From the NCBI GenBank assembly GCA_046760505.1, contig JBHIEG010000017.1, forward strand, positions 1 through 39,285: a stretch of DNA of 39,285 nt. Direction: 5' to 3'. Shown here piece by piece: positions 17,452 through 26,940 of the stretch. Source of the DNA: Candidatus Hydrothermarchaeota archaeon (GTDB taxonomy: Archaea > CAYFZR01). A model generated the notes under the pieces. The model did not search any database. It was not told where the DNA came from and worked only from the letters and a program-made list of their open reading frames with translations. Made by a program: the position numbers and the translations under genes. Each line of letters starts with the position of its first letter. The first letter of the stretch is position 1.

Positions 17452-19248
17452 TCATTCGACGGTGACTGATTTCGCTAGGTTTCTGGGTTTATCAGGATCT
17501 AAACCCCTTTCTACCGCCACAAAATATGCAATAAGTTGCAATGGTACGACATATAACATTGGAGAAAGACTCTCGTCAATTTCAGGCATCAAAATTATAT
17601 GGTCTGCAAGTTTAACAATTTTTTCGTCTTTCTCGCTCGCAACAGCGATTACACTAGCACCTCTAGCCTTAACTTCCTCTATATTTCCCAACATTCTTTC
17701 GTAGCTCTCGCCTAATGGAATTACAGCCACTACAGGAACATTTTCCTCTATCAAAGCTAGCGGACCGTGTTTTAACTCTCCACCTGGGAAACCCTCTGCA
17801 TGAATGTATGAGATTTCTTTTAGTTTGAGGGCTCCTTCTAAGGATGTTGCATAACTAATTCCTCTTCCTATAAAGTAAAAATCATCTCTCTCCTTGTATA
17901 TCTTGGCTATTTTCTTTATTTCATTTTGCTTTGATAGAACATATTCTACAAGATTCGGAATATTCTCCAGCTCTTCTATGAGTTTTTTGTACTTCTCCTC
18001 ATTAATTAAGCCTCTCCTTTTACCTAGTTCTATCGCGATATAACTCAAGTATGCTAACTGGACTGCGAAGGTTTTCGTGGCAGCAACCCCTATCTCTGGA
18101 CCTGCATACGTATAGCATACCATCTCTGCTTCTCTTGTTATAGAACTCCCTATAACATTTGTCATCGCTATTACAGTAGCCTTCTTGTTTTTTGCGTGTC
18201 TAATAGCACTTAAAGTATCAGCAGTCTCCCCAGATTGGGATATTGCCATAACAATTGAATTTTCATCAACGCTTGCAAATTCCTTAAATTCTGAGGCAAT
18301 TATTACGTCCGTATTAAGGTTGGCAAGTTTTGAGAGAGCATACTTGCCTGCCATTGCTGCATGATAAGATGTTCCGCATGCAACGAGAAATATGTTTTTT
18401 TTCGTGTCTAAGACCTCTATAATCTTATCCAATTCCTTTTCTTTCATTCTTAAAGTTTCTCTTATTGCAATAGGTTGTTCATTTATTTCTTTATGCATGA
18501 AGTAGTCATATCCGCCTTTTTCAGCCATATCCGGGGTCCAATCAACCGTTAGAATCTTTTTTTCAATTTTTTCGTCTTCGATCAAGCTCTTTATGTAAAA
18601 ACCATTGTTTTTCAGTACGCCATACTCATTGTCCTCCATGATTGTTATCCTGTTTGTTTCTTTAAGTAGGGCAGGAATGTCCGATGCTACGAAGTACTCC
18701 CCATTACCGATACCTATAACAAGCGGGCTTTCTTTTCTGGCTATAACGATTCCATCGAACTCCGTGCTAATAATCGCTACGGCATACGATCCTTTTAATT
18801 TTCTAAGAGCGTTTTTCACGGCTTCTTCAAGATCCTTGACTTCTTTCATTTCCTCTTCTATTAGATGACAGATCACTTCGGTATCTGTTTCTGATACGAA
18901 AAAATGACCTTTTCTTATTAAGTGCTCCTTCAGTTCGTCATAGTTCTGAATAATACCATTGTGTACAAGTGCTATTTTTCCCTCGCAGTCAAAAAATGGG
19001 TGAGCATTTTTTTGAGATGGGATTCCATGAGTTGCCCATCTCGTGTGACCAATTCCTAGGTTACCCTCTAATTTTATATCTCTCAAAACCTCGTCGATTT
19101 TTCCCTTGTCTTTTTTTACATGAAATCTTCCTTTGTCTAGTGTAACTATTCCGCATGAGTCGTAACCTCTGTATTCCAATCTTTTGAGAGACTCATGGAG
19201 TATCGTGTAAGCCTCTCTTTCTCCAACGTAACCAACGATTCCGCACAT
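17452..19248 (-). CDS. glmS: Glutamine--fructose-6-phosphate transaminase (isomerizing)
   Basis: MCGIVG N-terminus (start 19248), LEYRGYDS, GHTRWATHG, SQSGETAD, DKPRNLAKSVTVE. Confidence 0.99.
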   Translation of the reverse strand: MCGIVGYVGEREAYTILHESLKRLEYRGYDSCGIVTLDKGRFHVKKDKGKIDEVLRDIKLEGNLGIGHTRWATHGIPSQKNAHPFFDCEGKIALVHNGIIQNYDELKEHLIRKGHFFVSETDTEVICHLIEEEMKEVKDLEEAVKNALRKLKGSYAVAIISTEFDGIVIARKESPLVIGIGNGEYFVASDIPALLKETNRITIMEDNEYGVLKNNGFYIKSLIEDEKIEKKILTVDWTPDMAEKGGYDYFMHKEINEQPIAIRETLRMKEKELDKIIEVLDTKKNIFLVACGTSYHAAMAGKYALSKLANLNTDVIIASEFKEFASVDENSIVMAISQSGETADTLSAIRHAKNKKATVIAMTNVIGSSITREAEMVCYTYAGPEIGVAATKTFAVQLAYLSYIAIELGKRRGLINEEKYKKLIEELENIPNLVEYVLSKQNEIKKIAKIYKERDDFYFIGRGISYATSLEGALKLKEISYIHAEGFPGGELKHGPLALIEENVPVVAVIPLGESYERMLGNIEEVKARGASVIAVASEKDEKIVKLADHIILMPEIDESLSPMLYVVPLQLIAYFVAVERGLDPDKPRNLAKSVTVE

Positions 19249-19347
19249 GATACCATCGCTCGCCGGTAAGAAATCTGACCTTAACATATTTAAATTATGG
19301 TGATTTATAAGATCTCATGCCTATTACTGGGTAAAGGGTTAATTCCA

Positions 19348-20013
19348 ATGGATGCCATCGTTGTTTCTCTGTATCTGCTAGTAGCCATCGCAATTTTTTG
19401 CCTAGTATTCACTGCATATTTTGTATTCCAAAATAAAAGAAGGCTTGAAATTTTCATAGAAGAAAGAGAACGTCCTCTTACAATAAAATTTATTCAAAAA
19501 ATCATCCAACCATCGATAAACGATCTAACTCACTCTGAAGCTATTCCGTCGTCTCTTCTAGAAGAAAAAAGTTTGATAAATAACCTATTCTTCAGAAGAT
19601 TCCCTGATTTAAAGACCCAAATGGAAGAATATAACCGGAAAATTTCAAATTTACTGGAGGAAAGGTTTAATTTAGAAGTTGAGTTAATCGATCTTTACGA
19701 GAAAATGTGGAAAAAGGAGGCAGAGATAAAATCAATTATATCCAGCAAAGATGAAATAAGCAGCGGAAGGGTAGAACTATTAAAAAGATACGCAGAAAAC
19801 AAAATCTCAATATATCATAAACTAAGAGAATACGACGATACAGTTAAGATTATAGAAAATAAAAGAAAGGAAATAGAAGAGATAAACATGAGGATTGAGA
19901 AAGAGTCAAGGAAACTTAGAGAAAACCTTGAAAGAATAAAAGAGGAATACATGGATAAATACAAGATAAAACCGGAAGAATTAGAAATTGATTATGAAAA
20001 TGTCAAATTTTGA
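19348..20013 (+). CDS. Membrane-anchored coiled-coil hypothetical protein
   Basis: One N-terminal TM helix then long E/K/R-rich helical segments. Start is 19348 or 19297. Confidence 0.75.
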   Translation: MDAIVVSLYLLVAIAIFCLVFTAYFVFQNKRRLEIFIEERERPLTIKFIQKIIQPSINDLTHSEAIPSSLLEEKSLINNLFFRRFPDLKTQMEEYNRKISNLLEERFNLEVELIDLYEKMWKKEAEIKSIISSKDEISSGRVELLKRYAENKISIYHKLREYDDTVKIIENKRKEIEEINMRIEKESRKLRENLERIKEEYMDKYKIKPEELEIDYENVKF

Positions 20014-20022
20014 GTGTTGTTT

Positions 20023-21393
20023 ATGAAAAACAAGGATTATGGTGGCTATCCTGAAGATATAGCCTCTCTTCTAAGAGAAAAAAACATAAAAATTGAAGAT
20101 AGAGTCAGAATTGAGAAGGAAGGAAGAGTCTACGAAGGATACTTGTTACCTAGACCTGCTTTAGTCGACCTAGGAGATCCATACTGCTTGATTATCAAAT
20201 TAGACAGCGGTTACAATATCGGGGTAAAATACGATGAATCCATGAAGATTGATAGAGTGGGTAAAAAAATAGAATTAGAGAGTTTTCCCAAGAGAAAGAT
20301 TGAAAAAAGAAAGGATCTTCCTCAGATAACTTTGCTACATACCGGAGGAACAATAGCAAGCAGGATAGACTATTTAACAGGGGGTGTTAGCGTAGAATTT
20401 ACACCAGAAGAGTTATTCTATACGGTTCCAGAACTATTTGACATAGTAGGATTCAGAGATGTAAAGTTGCTGTTCAACGTTTTTTCAGAGGACATGTTTC
20501 TAACTCAATGGAAAGAAATGGCAAAGGAAACAGCAAAACAGTTAAATTCTGGAGCTGATGGAGTCGTCATTTCCCATGGAACCGATACAATGCATTACTC
20601 CTCTGCTATTCTCTCATTCATGCTCCAAAACTTGGGAAAACCAGTCGTTTTAACAGGTGCACAAAGATCCTCAGATAGAGGAAGTTTCGATGGAGCGATA
20701 AACCTCATCTGCTCTTCATATGTAGCTGGTCATTCAGACATAGCGGAAGTCTCTGTCGTAATGCATGGGGAAACAAGTGATACTTTCTGCCTAATAAACA
20801 GGGGAACAAAGGTAAGGAAGATGCACACAAGTAGGAGAGATGCGTTTAGACCTATAAATGATCTTCCTATCGGAAAAATATGGCCAGATGGAAGTTTAGA
20901 GATTATAAACAAGAATTATAGAAAAAGAGATAAAGATAGAGAAGTAATCCCAGATACAAAGTATGAGGAAAAAGTTGCCTTAATAAAGGCATATCCGGGA
21001 TCTTTTCCCGGAATAGTAGATTTTTACGTTGATAAAAAATTCAAAGGGCTTGTAATCGAGGGCACAGGCTTGGGACACGTACCAACTTCTACTCCAGAAA
21101 AGGAGAGATCCTGGCTTGAAAATATAAAAAGAGCGATAGAAGAAGATTTAAAGATAGTAATGACCTCACAATGTCTCTATGGAAGAGTCCATCCTTTAGT
21201 GTACAGAAACTTGAGACTTTTATCAAGCGCGGGAGTTATTTATGTGGAAGATATGCTTCCAGAAGTGGCTTATGTAAAACTTTCCTGGGTACTAGGTCAT
21301 ACCGAAGATAGGGAAGAGGTAAGAAATTTGATGCTGAAGAACATAGCTGGAGAGATAAGCGAAACAAGCGATTTCAGATCTTTTCTTTACTGA
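20023..21393 (+). CDS. gatD: Glu-tRNA(Gln) amidotransferase subunit D
   Basis: KLDSGYNIG, TGGTIASRIDY, HGTDTM, GAQRSSDRG, RKMHTSRRDAF. Confidence 0.98.
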   Translation: MKNKDYGGYPEDIASLLREKNIKIEDRVRIEKEGRVYEGYLLPRPALVDLGDPYCLIIKLDSGYNIGVKYDESMKIDRVGKKIELESFPKRKIEKRKDLPQITLLHTGGTIASRIDYLTGGVSVEFTPEELFYTVPELFDIVGFRDVKLLFNVFSEDMFLTQWKEMAKETAKQLNSGADGVVISHGTDTMHYSSAILSFMLQNLGKPVVLTGAQRSSDRGSFDGAINLICSSYVAGHSDIAEVSVVMHGETSDTFCLINRGTKVRKMHTSRRDAFRPINDLPIGKIWPDGSLEIINKNYRKRDKDREVIPDTKYEEKVALIKAYPGSFPGIVDFYVDKKFKGLVIEGTGLGHVPTSTPEKERSWLENIKRAIEEDLKIVMTSQCLYGRVHPLVYRNLRLLSSAGVIYVEDMLPEVAYVKLSWVLGHTEDREEVRNLMLKNIAGEISETSDFRSFLY

Positions 21394-21403
21394 AGGTGTG
21401 TCC

Positions 21404-23287
21404 ATGATAGATTACAGAGAGATAGATTATAGAGAAATTGGGCTAAAGGTTGGAATAGAAATACACCAAAGGCTAGATACGCATAAATTATTCTGCAGAT
21501 GCTCATCCCATATGCGAGAAGAAAGTCCAACATTTGTTTTCTCTAGAAAGCTCAGACCGGTAACAGGAGAACTTGGAGAAGTGGATCCGGCCGCTTCTTT
21601 TGAATACTATAGAGACAGGATATTCGAATACCAGAGCTTCGAGGGAGAAACCTGCTTAATAGAGGCAGATGAAGAGCCTCCTTTTCCGGTAAATGAAGAG
21701 GCGTTGGATATAGGGCTAGAGGTTGCTATGTTGCTGAATGCAGATATTCCAAACGAAATACATGTAATGAGAAAGACGGTGATAGACGGAAGCAACTGTA
21801 CTGGTTTCCAGAGAACATTGATAGTAGGAATGAACGGTTATCTAGACTCAAGTCTAGGAAGAGTAGGTATTACAAACATATGTTTAGAAGAAGAATCAGC
21901 CAGAATAGTTTATGCTGGATTTAAGGAAGCAAAATACAAGCTGAGCGGGCTTGGCATTCCACTCATAGAGATAGGTACCTCTCCTGACATAATCACGCCC
22001 GAACATGCAAGAGAAGTAGCGGAGAAGATTGGAATGTTGTTAAGGTCTACAGGAAAGGTAATGAGGGGAATTGGAACAATCAGACAAGATTTAAATGTTT
22101 CCATTGAGGGAGGAGCGAGAGTAGAAATTAAAGGGGTGCAAGAACTTAAACAACTGGCAAAATACGTTGAATACGAGGCGAGAAGACAGCTTTCGCTCTT
22201 AGAAATTCAAGATAGTTTGAAAGATAAAACTTGGAAAGAGCCTGAGATAGTAGATGTAACTGAAATATTTGAGGATACTGAGTGTAAAGTGCTTAAAAAT
22301 AAAGACAAAATACTCTCCATAAGTTTATCGGGATTTTCTGGTATTTTGAAAAAAGAATTATGTCCTGGCCATACGTTTGGAAAAGAATTGTCTTATTATG
22401 CAAGGACATATGGTGTTCCAGGAATTTTACATACCGATGAAGATTTAGAAAAGTACGGAATAACGAATGACGAAAAAATTGAATTGTACAGGTCCACAGG
22501 TTCAACGGAAAATGATTGCATAATTTTGGTAGCAGGAAAGGAGAATATCGCAAGAAGAGCCTTGGAAACAATTATAGACAGGGCGAGCAACGCCTTCTCA
22601 GGCCCATTGGAAGAGACAAGATCTGCAAATCCAGATGGAACAACCTACTATACGAGACCTTTACCCGGTGCTCAAAGAATGTATCCTGAAACAGATGTTT
22701 CTCCCATTGTAATTACAAAAGAACGTCTGGAAAAAATTGCTAGATCTTTACCAGAGTTGTTTGAAGAAAAACTGAAAAGATTTATGAAAGATTATAACCT
22801 TAATAAAGAATTAGCAAGATCTTTGATCAGATCAGATAAAACAAATCTCTTTGAGGAAATAGTTAATAAATATGGCGTAAATCCCACTTTGGTTGCTACA
22901 ACCCTCACAAATACATTAGTTACATTAAAAAGAGAGGGATTTGCGGTAGATAACTTGAATGAAAATCATTTTTTCGAGATATTCGAATCATTTTCCAAAG
23001 GCATGTTTAGCAAAGAGGTACTCCCAGAGGTTGTTGCGTATCTTTCATCTAATCCCAGCAGAAGTGTAAAAAATTGTTTAGAGGAACTTAGATTAAAGAT
23101 GCTCAGCGAAGAAGAACTGGGAAAAATCATAGAAGAGATCCTCGAAAAAGATAAAGAAACATTAAAAGAAAAAGGCGAAAAATCATTTGGGTTTTTCATG
23201 GGCAAGGTTATGGAGTTAGTAAGAGGAAGAGCAGATGGTAAGGTAGTGAGCAGGTTGCTCAAAGAGAAGATCGAGGAGAGAGTTTAG
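21404..23287 (+). CDS. gatE: Glu-tRNA(Gln) amidotransferase subunit E
   Basis: GLKVGIEIHQRL, KLFC, MRKTVIDGSN..GFQRT, RGIGTIRQDLNVS, RPLPGAQRMYPETD. Confidence 0.98.
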   Translation: MIDYREIDYREIGLKVGIEIHQRLDTHKLFCRCSSHMREESPTFVFSRKLRPVTGELGEVDPAASFEYYRDRIFEYQSFEGETCLIEADEEPPFPVNEEALDIGLEVAMLLNADIPNEIHVMRKTVIDGSNCTGFQRTLIVGMNGYLDSSLGRVGITNICLEEESARIVYAGFKEAKYKLSGLGIPLIEIGTSPDIITPEHAREVAEKIGMLLRSTGKVMRGIGTIRQDLNVSIEGGARVEIKGVQELKQLAKYVEYEARRQLSLLEIQDSLKDKTWKEPEIVDVTEIFEDTECKVLKNKDKILSISLSGFSGILKKELCPGHTFGKELSYYARTYGVPGILHTDEDLEKYGITNDEKIELYRSTGSTENDCIILVAGKENIARRALETIIDRASNAFSGPLEETRSANPDGTTYYTRPLPGAQRMYPETDVSPIVITKERLEKIARSLPELFEEKLKRFMKDYNLNKELARSLIRSDKTNLFEEIVNKYGVNPTLVATTLTNTLVTLKREGFAVDNLNENHFFEIFESFSKGMFSKEVLPEVVAYLSSNPSRSVKNCLEELRLKMLSEEELGKIIEEILEKDKETLKEKGEKSFGFFMGKVMELVRGRADGKVVSRLLKEKIEERV

Positions 23288-23308
23288 TTAAATCCTTTGA
23301 GATTTTCA

Positions 23309-23324
23309 GGAAAAATTTTATATA
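23309..23324 (+). promoter_or_regulatory. BRE/TATA promoter for the secreted-protein cassette
   Basis: GGAAAAAT-TTTATATA upstream of GGAGGT at 23349. Confidence 0.5.
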
Positions 23325-23355
23325 GTGCTTCCTCCCGAAACCACACGGGGAGGTC

Positions 23356-24219
23356 ATTAAAAAATTAAGCTTTATATGTTTCTTGGCCCTAAGCGTTTTA
23401 ATCGTCCAGAGCATATTTGTGGCTACAGTTTATGCACAAAATCCAGAAAAGCCAATTGTTATTCTTTCCAGTTCTATTGATTTTGGTCTTGCTCGAGACT
23501 TCTTCAGATTTCTTAGAGGTAAGGGTGTGGAATTGATATACACCGCTGCGCCTAACTTTGATAAATACAGGGGAGAGAACTTCATCATTATTCTAGGAGG
23601 CCCGGATGCCTACGAGGGTGTTGGAGAAATAGTAAGGGAATATTTAACAATAGAAGCAAAACTGGTTAAGAAAAGAAGGCAACCGAAAGATGTTTGTTAA
23701 GAACGGGCAGGTAATTTGTATTATAGCAGGCTCAGACAGGGATATGACCAAAAAGGCAGAAGAAGAGAACAAAGAAAAAATTATAGGCATTCCAGTTAAG
23801 GCATTCCCTGATTTCGCAGATATTGTTCGAGTCACTGTTGCACCAGAGGGTCTTGAGGTTGTTGTCTTTACCATACAAACCGCAGATAAGATTCCTATTA
23901 TGCCAAGCACAGATCCTGAATTTGACTTAAGCTACACAATAGCATTTGATCTAGATAAAAACAGCGCTACAGGAAAAACAGGTCCATTGTACAACGATAT
24001 AGGCGCAGACAAAGAAATTTTCCTTGAATTTAAAGATTTGAGATGGAAATGCGGCTATCCTGGGAAATATCCGAAAATACAGTTACAATAAAGATTCCAA
24101 TCGATGATCTCTCATTGTCATTTGATTGGATAGTTCGATCTCAAAGAGGTAATTACATGGATATAGTCCCAAGTGAAGGACATAGTTCCTTCCGTTCACC
24201 AAAACTGCCCCCATGGTAA
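23356..24219 (+). pseudogene. Frameshifted secreted/cell-surface protein with an S-layer-associated-like LGGPDA domain
   Basis: The signal peptide (I)KKLSFICFLALSVLIV...VYA begins at ATT 23356. A frameshift near 23655 joins ..YLTIE to QNWLRKEGNRKMFVKNGQV..AGSDR. A second near 24059 joins KCGY to WEISENTVTIKIP...PPW-stop at 24219. The track ORFs 23383-23700 and 23690-24091 are pieces of this gene. Confidence 0.78.
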
Positions 24220-24234
24220 AATTGGAGGTTGCCT

Positions 24235-25443
24235 ATGAGCAAAAAGAAGGTTGCAGTTGTTACGTTTGTACTGATTCTATATACAATATCAGCGGTACAT
24301 GGACATATAGCACCCAACGTAAAAATAACTGGAGGGACAAAGGCTCAAAGAGAAAAAATACAAAAAGCAGTAGAAGAAATAGCGAAAAAATCTCCTCATG
24401 CAAGAAATATCTTAAATAGAACAAAAAACCTTGGTAGAAATGTAACAATTCATAATGTGCCTAACAGCAACACAACGATAGGGGAAGCAGAGCCTGGAGG
24501 CGATGAAGTCTGGATAGATCCCGAGGATTGGGATAAGTTTAAATTGAAAGTGGGTAGGAATAAAACGGGCAAAGCGAATGAATCTTTTTCTTTAGGACTA
24601 GTAGTGCTCCACGAATTAAAGCATATCCTAGGAGACAACGAAACAGAAACTTTGAAACAGATAAACAAAGTCCGTAATGAAACTGGTCTTCCGAAAAGGC
24701 ATCATTACTATTTGGAAGGGAAGAACAACACCCTCTATTTAAAGTTTTGTGATGGGTCTACGTTAAACTTTACCGAGGTCTTTGTAGTCGTGGTAGTAGA
24801 TCCAACGGACGATCCAGTAATGGTAACAGTTGTAGAAACTCCAAAAGTAGTAGACATATCTCCAAAACCTGGCGCTACCGATGTATCCATCGAAGAGTCT
24901 ATAATGATCATTTTCTCCGTACCCATGAATAGAGAATCGGTAATGGAAGCGTTAGAAACCTATCCGGAGATGGAATTCTCTCAGGTTTCATGGCTGGATA
25001 GCAAGGCTTTGATTTTGACTCCAAGAAGGTTAGAGCCAGGCATCACCTACGTTGTAAGCATAGGAACTCAAGCAAAAGACACGAAAGGCAATCACCTGGA
25101 AACGCCTTACACATGGAAATTCAAAACTGAAGAGATTGAAGTCGAAAAAGATATCATTCCTCCTAAGGTTGAAATATTAAGCCCCAAGGCAGGAGAGATC
25201 GTAATACCTCCTTTCATAATAGAAGCTGATGCAACAGACAACGTTAAAGTTGTTCGAGTAGAGTTTTACTTGGATGGTGAGCTTATATTTGAAGACTAGA
25301 CTCCTCCTTATTCAATGGAGATCGTGCCTGAGATGATTCCTCCTGGCGCACACTTCGTGCATGCAATTGCCTATGACTCATCAGGAAACAAAGGGATCTC
25401 AGGAGAAGTAGAATTCCTCCTTGAATTGGAGATTATCGAGTAA
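24235..25443 (+). pseudogene. Secreted HExxH zinc metallopeptidase-like protein with two Ig-like domains, interrupted by an in-frame TAG at 25297-25299
   Basis: GGAGGT SD, signal peptide, VVLHELKHILG, SbsA/Big_5-like domain (P..GATDV...IIFSVPMN...DTKGN.L), and a second Ig domain DNVKVVRVEFYLDG...ED*TPPYS...GAHFVHAIAYDSSGN that continues to TAA 25443. Confidence 0.78.
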
Positions 25444-25473
25444 AAATACAGAATAAATATGATCCGGCAATCT

Positions 25474-26940
25474 TTACTTCAAAAGTTCTTCCACTTCTTC
25501 TTCTAATAATTTTTCAGATTCTTTCAAAGAATTAATCATATCTTCTATTATTCTTGTGTATCCAAAGATTCTTTTCTCCATTTTTTTTAATGAATCCTGC
25601 ATGACTTCCTTGCTGGGTCCTCCTATAATTTTCTTTCTCGATACACTTTTCTTAGGATCCATTATATCATCCAATTCTTCTCTGCTCAGAGAAATATTCT
25701 CTTTCTTTAGAATATCGTTTACGATCTCGATGGACATTTCTGAAGAAAAACCCTTCTCCAATGATTTTGTCACGATTTCTCCAACCAGCCTGTGAGATGT
25801 TCGAAACGGCAATCCATACTTATCCACAAGATAATCCGCTAAGTCGGTTGCGGTTGAAAAATTAGATTTAGCCAATTCTAAGGCTCTTTCTTCATTCACT
25901 TTCATTGTCTCTATCATTTCCTTAGTTAAATCTATCAAATCTTGTGTTACATAAAAGGAATCCCAAAGAAATCTGCTAACTTCCTGCAAATCTCTGTTGT
26001 AGCTCATGGGAAGAGATTTAATTATCGTTAAACTTGCGTAAAGATTGCCCAGTACTCTCCCAACTCTGGCCCTACAAATTTCTGCTACGTCAGGATTCTT
26101 CTTCTGAGGCATTATGCTGCTGGTAGATGAATATCTATCAGAGAGTTCTATCAATCCAAATTCATAGGCACTCCATAAAATCAATTCCTCAAAAATCCTG
26201 CTCAAATTAATCGAAATGGAAGCCAATATAGATAAAATCTCTGAGATGAAATCTCTTGATGCTACAGCGTCCATTGAGTTTTCCAATAAGCCATTAAATC
26301 CCAGGAGTTTGGAGGTATATTCTCTATCTATAGGAAATCCTGTTGTTGCCAGTGCACATGAACCTAGGGGAGATAGGTTTACTCTTTTATAACACTCTAA
26401 CAACCTCTCTAAGTCTCTCTCAAGCATAGAAGAATACGCATGAAGGTGATGTCCTAGAGTGGTAGGTTGTGCATGTTGTAAATGAGTATACCCTGGAATA
26501 ACTGTATCTAAGTGATTCCTCGCCTTATCATTTAATGTACTTATCAAATTCATTAAACTAAGGGATGTTTGAACTATTTTATCCCGAGCAGCCATTCTAA
26601 GATCAGTTGCAACCTGATCGTTTCTACTTCTTGCGGTATGCATCTTTTCTCCTTCTTTTCCTATTATTCCTATAAGTTCTTGCTCTATTACTATGTGTAT
26701 GTCTTCCTTTTTTACATCAAGATCAAAATCCTCGTATTTTTTTTCTTTTAATTCGAGTAAACCTTTTATAATTTTTTTAGCAGTTTCTTTATCTATTATC
26801 TTAGTTTTATTGAGCATTAAAACATGAGCTATCGATTGAAATAGATCGTACTTGAATATCTCTTCATCAATGTCCAAAGAAGACGTAAATCTTGCTACTC
26901 TTTGATTCATATCTTCTCCAAGTCTTCCTTCTCTCAACAT
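25474..26940 (-). CDS. argH: Argininosuccinate lyase
   Basis: EDIH, HTARSRNDQVATD, PGYTHLQHAQP, SSTSSIMPQKKNPD, YNRDLQE. Confidence 0.98.
   Translation of the reverse strand: MLREGRLGEDMNQRVARFTSSLDIDEEIFKYDLFQSIAHVLMLNKTKIIDKETAKKIIKGLLELKEKKYEDFDLDVKKEDIHIVIEQELIGIIGKEGEKMHTARSRNDQVATDLRMAARDKIVQTSLSLMNLISTLNDKARNHLDTVIPGYTHLQHAQPTTLGHHLHAYSSMLERDLERLLECYKRVNLSPLGSCALATTGFPIDREYTSKLLGFNGLLENSMDAVASRDFISEILSILASISINLSRIFEELILWSAYEFGLIELSDRYSSTSSIMPQKKNPDVAEICRARVGRVLGNLYASLTIIKSLPMSYNRDLQEVSRFLWDSFYVTQDLIDLTKEMIETMKVNEERALELAKSNFSTATDLADYLVDKYGLPFRTSHRLVGEIVTKSLEKGFSSEMSIEIVNDILKKENISLSREELDDIMDPKKSVSRKKIIGGPSKEVMQDSLKKMEKRIFGYTRIIEDMINSLKESEKLLEEEVEELLK

Noticed and set aside
24213-24419. 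68-aa ORF with CxCxxC
   Set aside because: An alternate frame overlapping the well-supported signal peptide of the metallopeptidase gene.
25297-25299. Genome-wide TAG reassignment
   Set aside because: TAG terminates several conserved genes at or near their expected ends (eif1A, gatE, elp3, pyrK).
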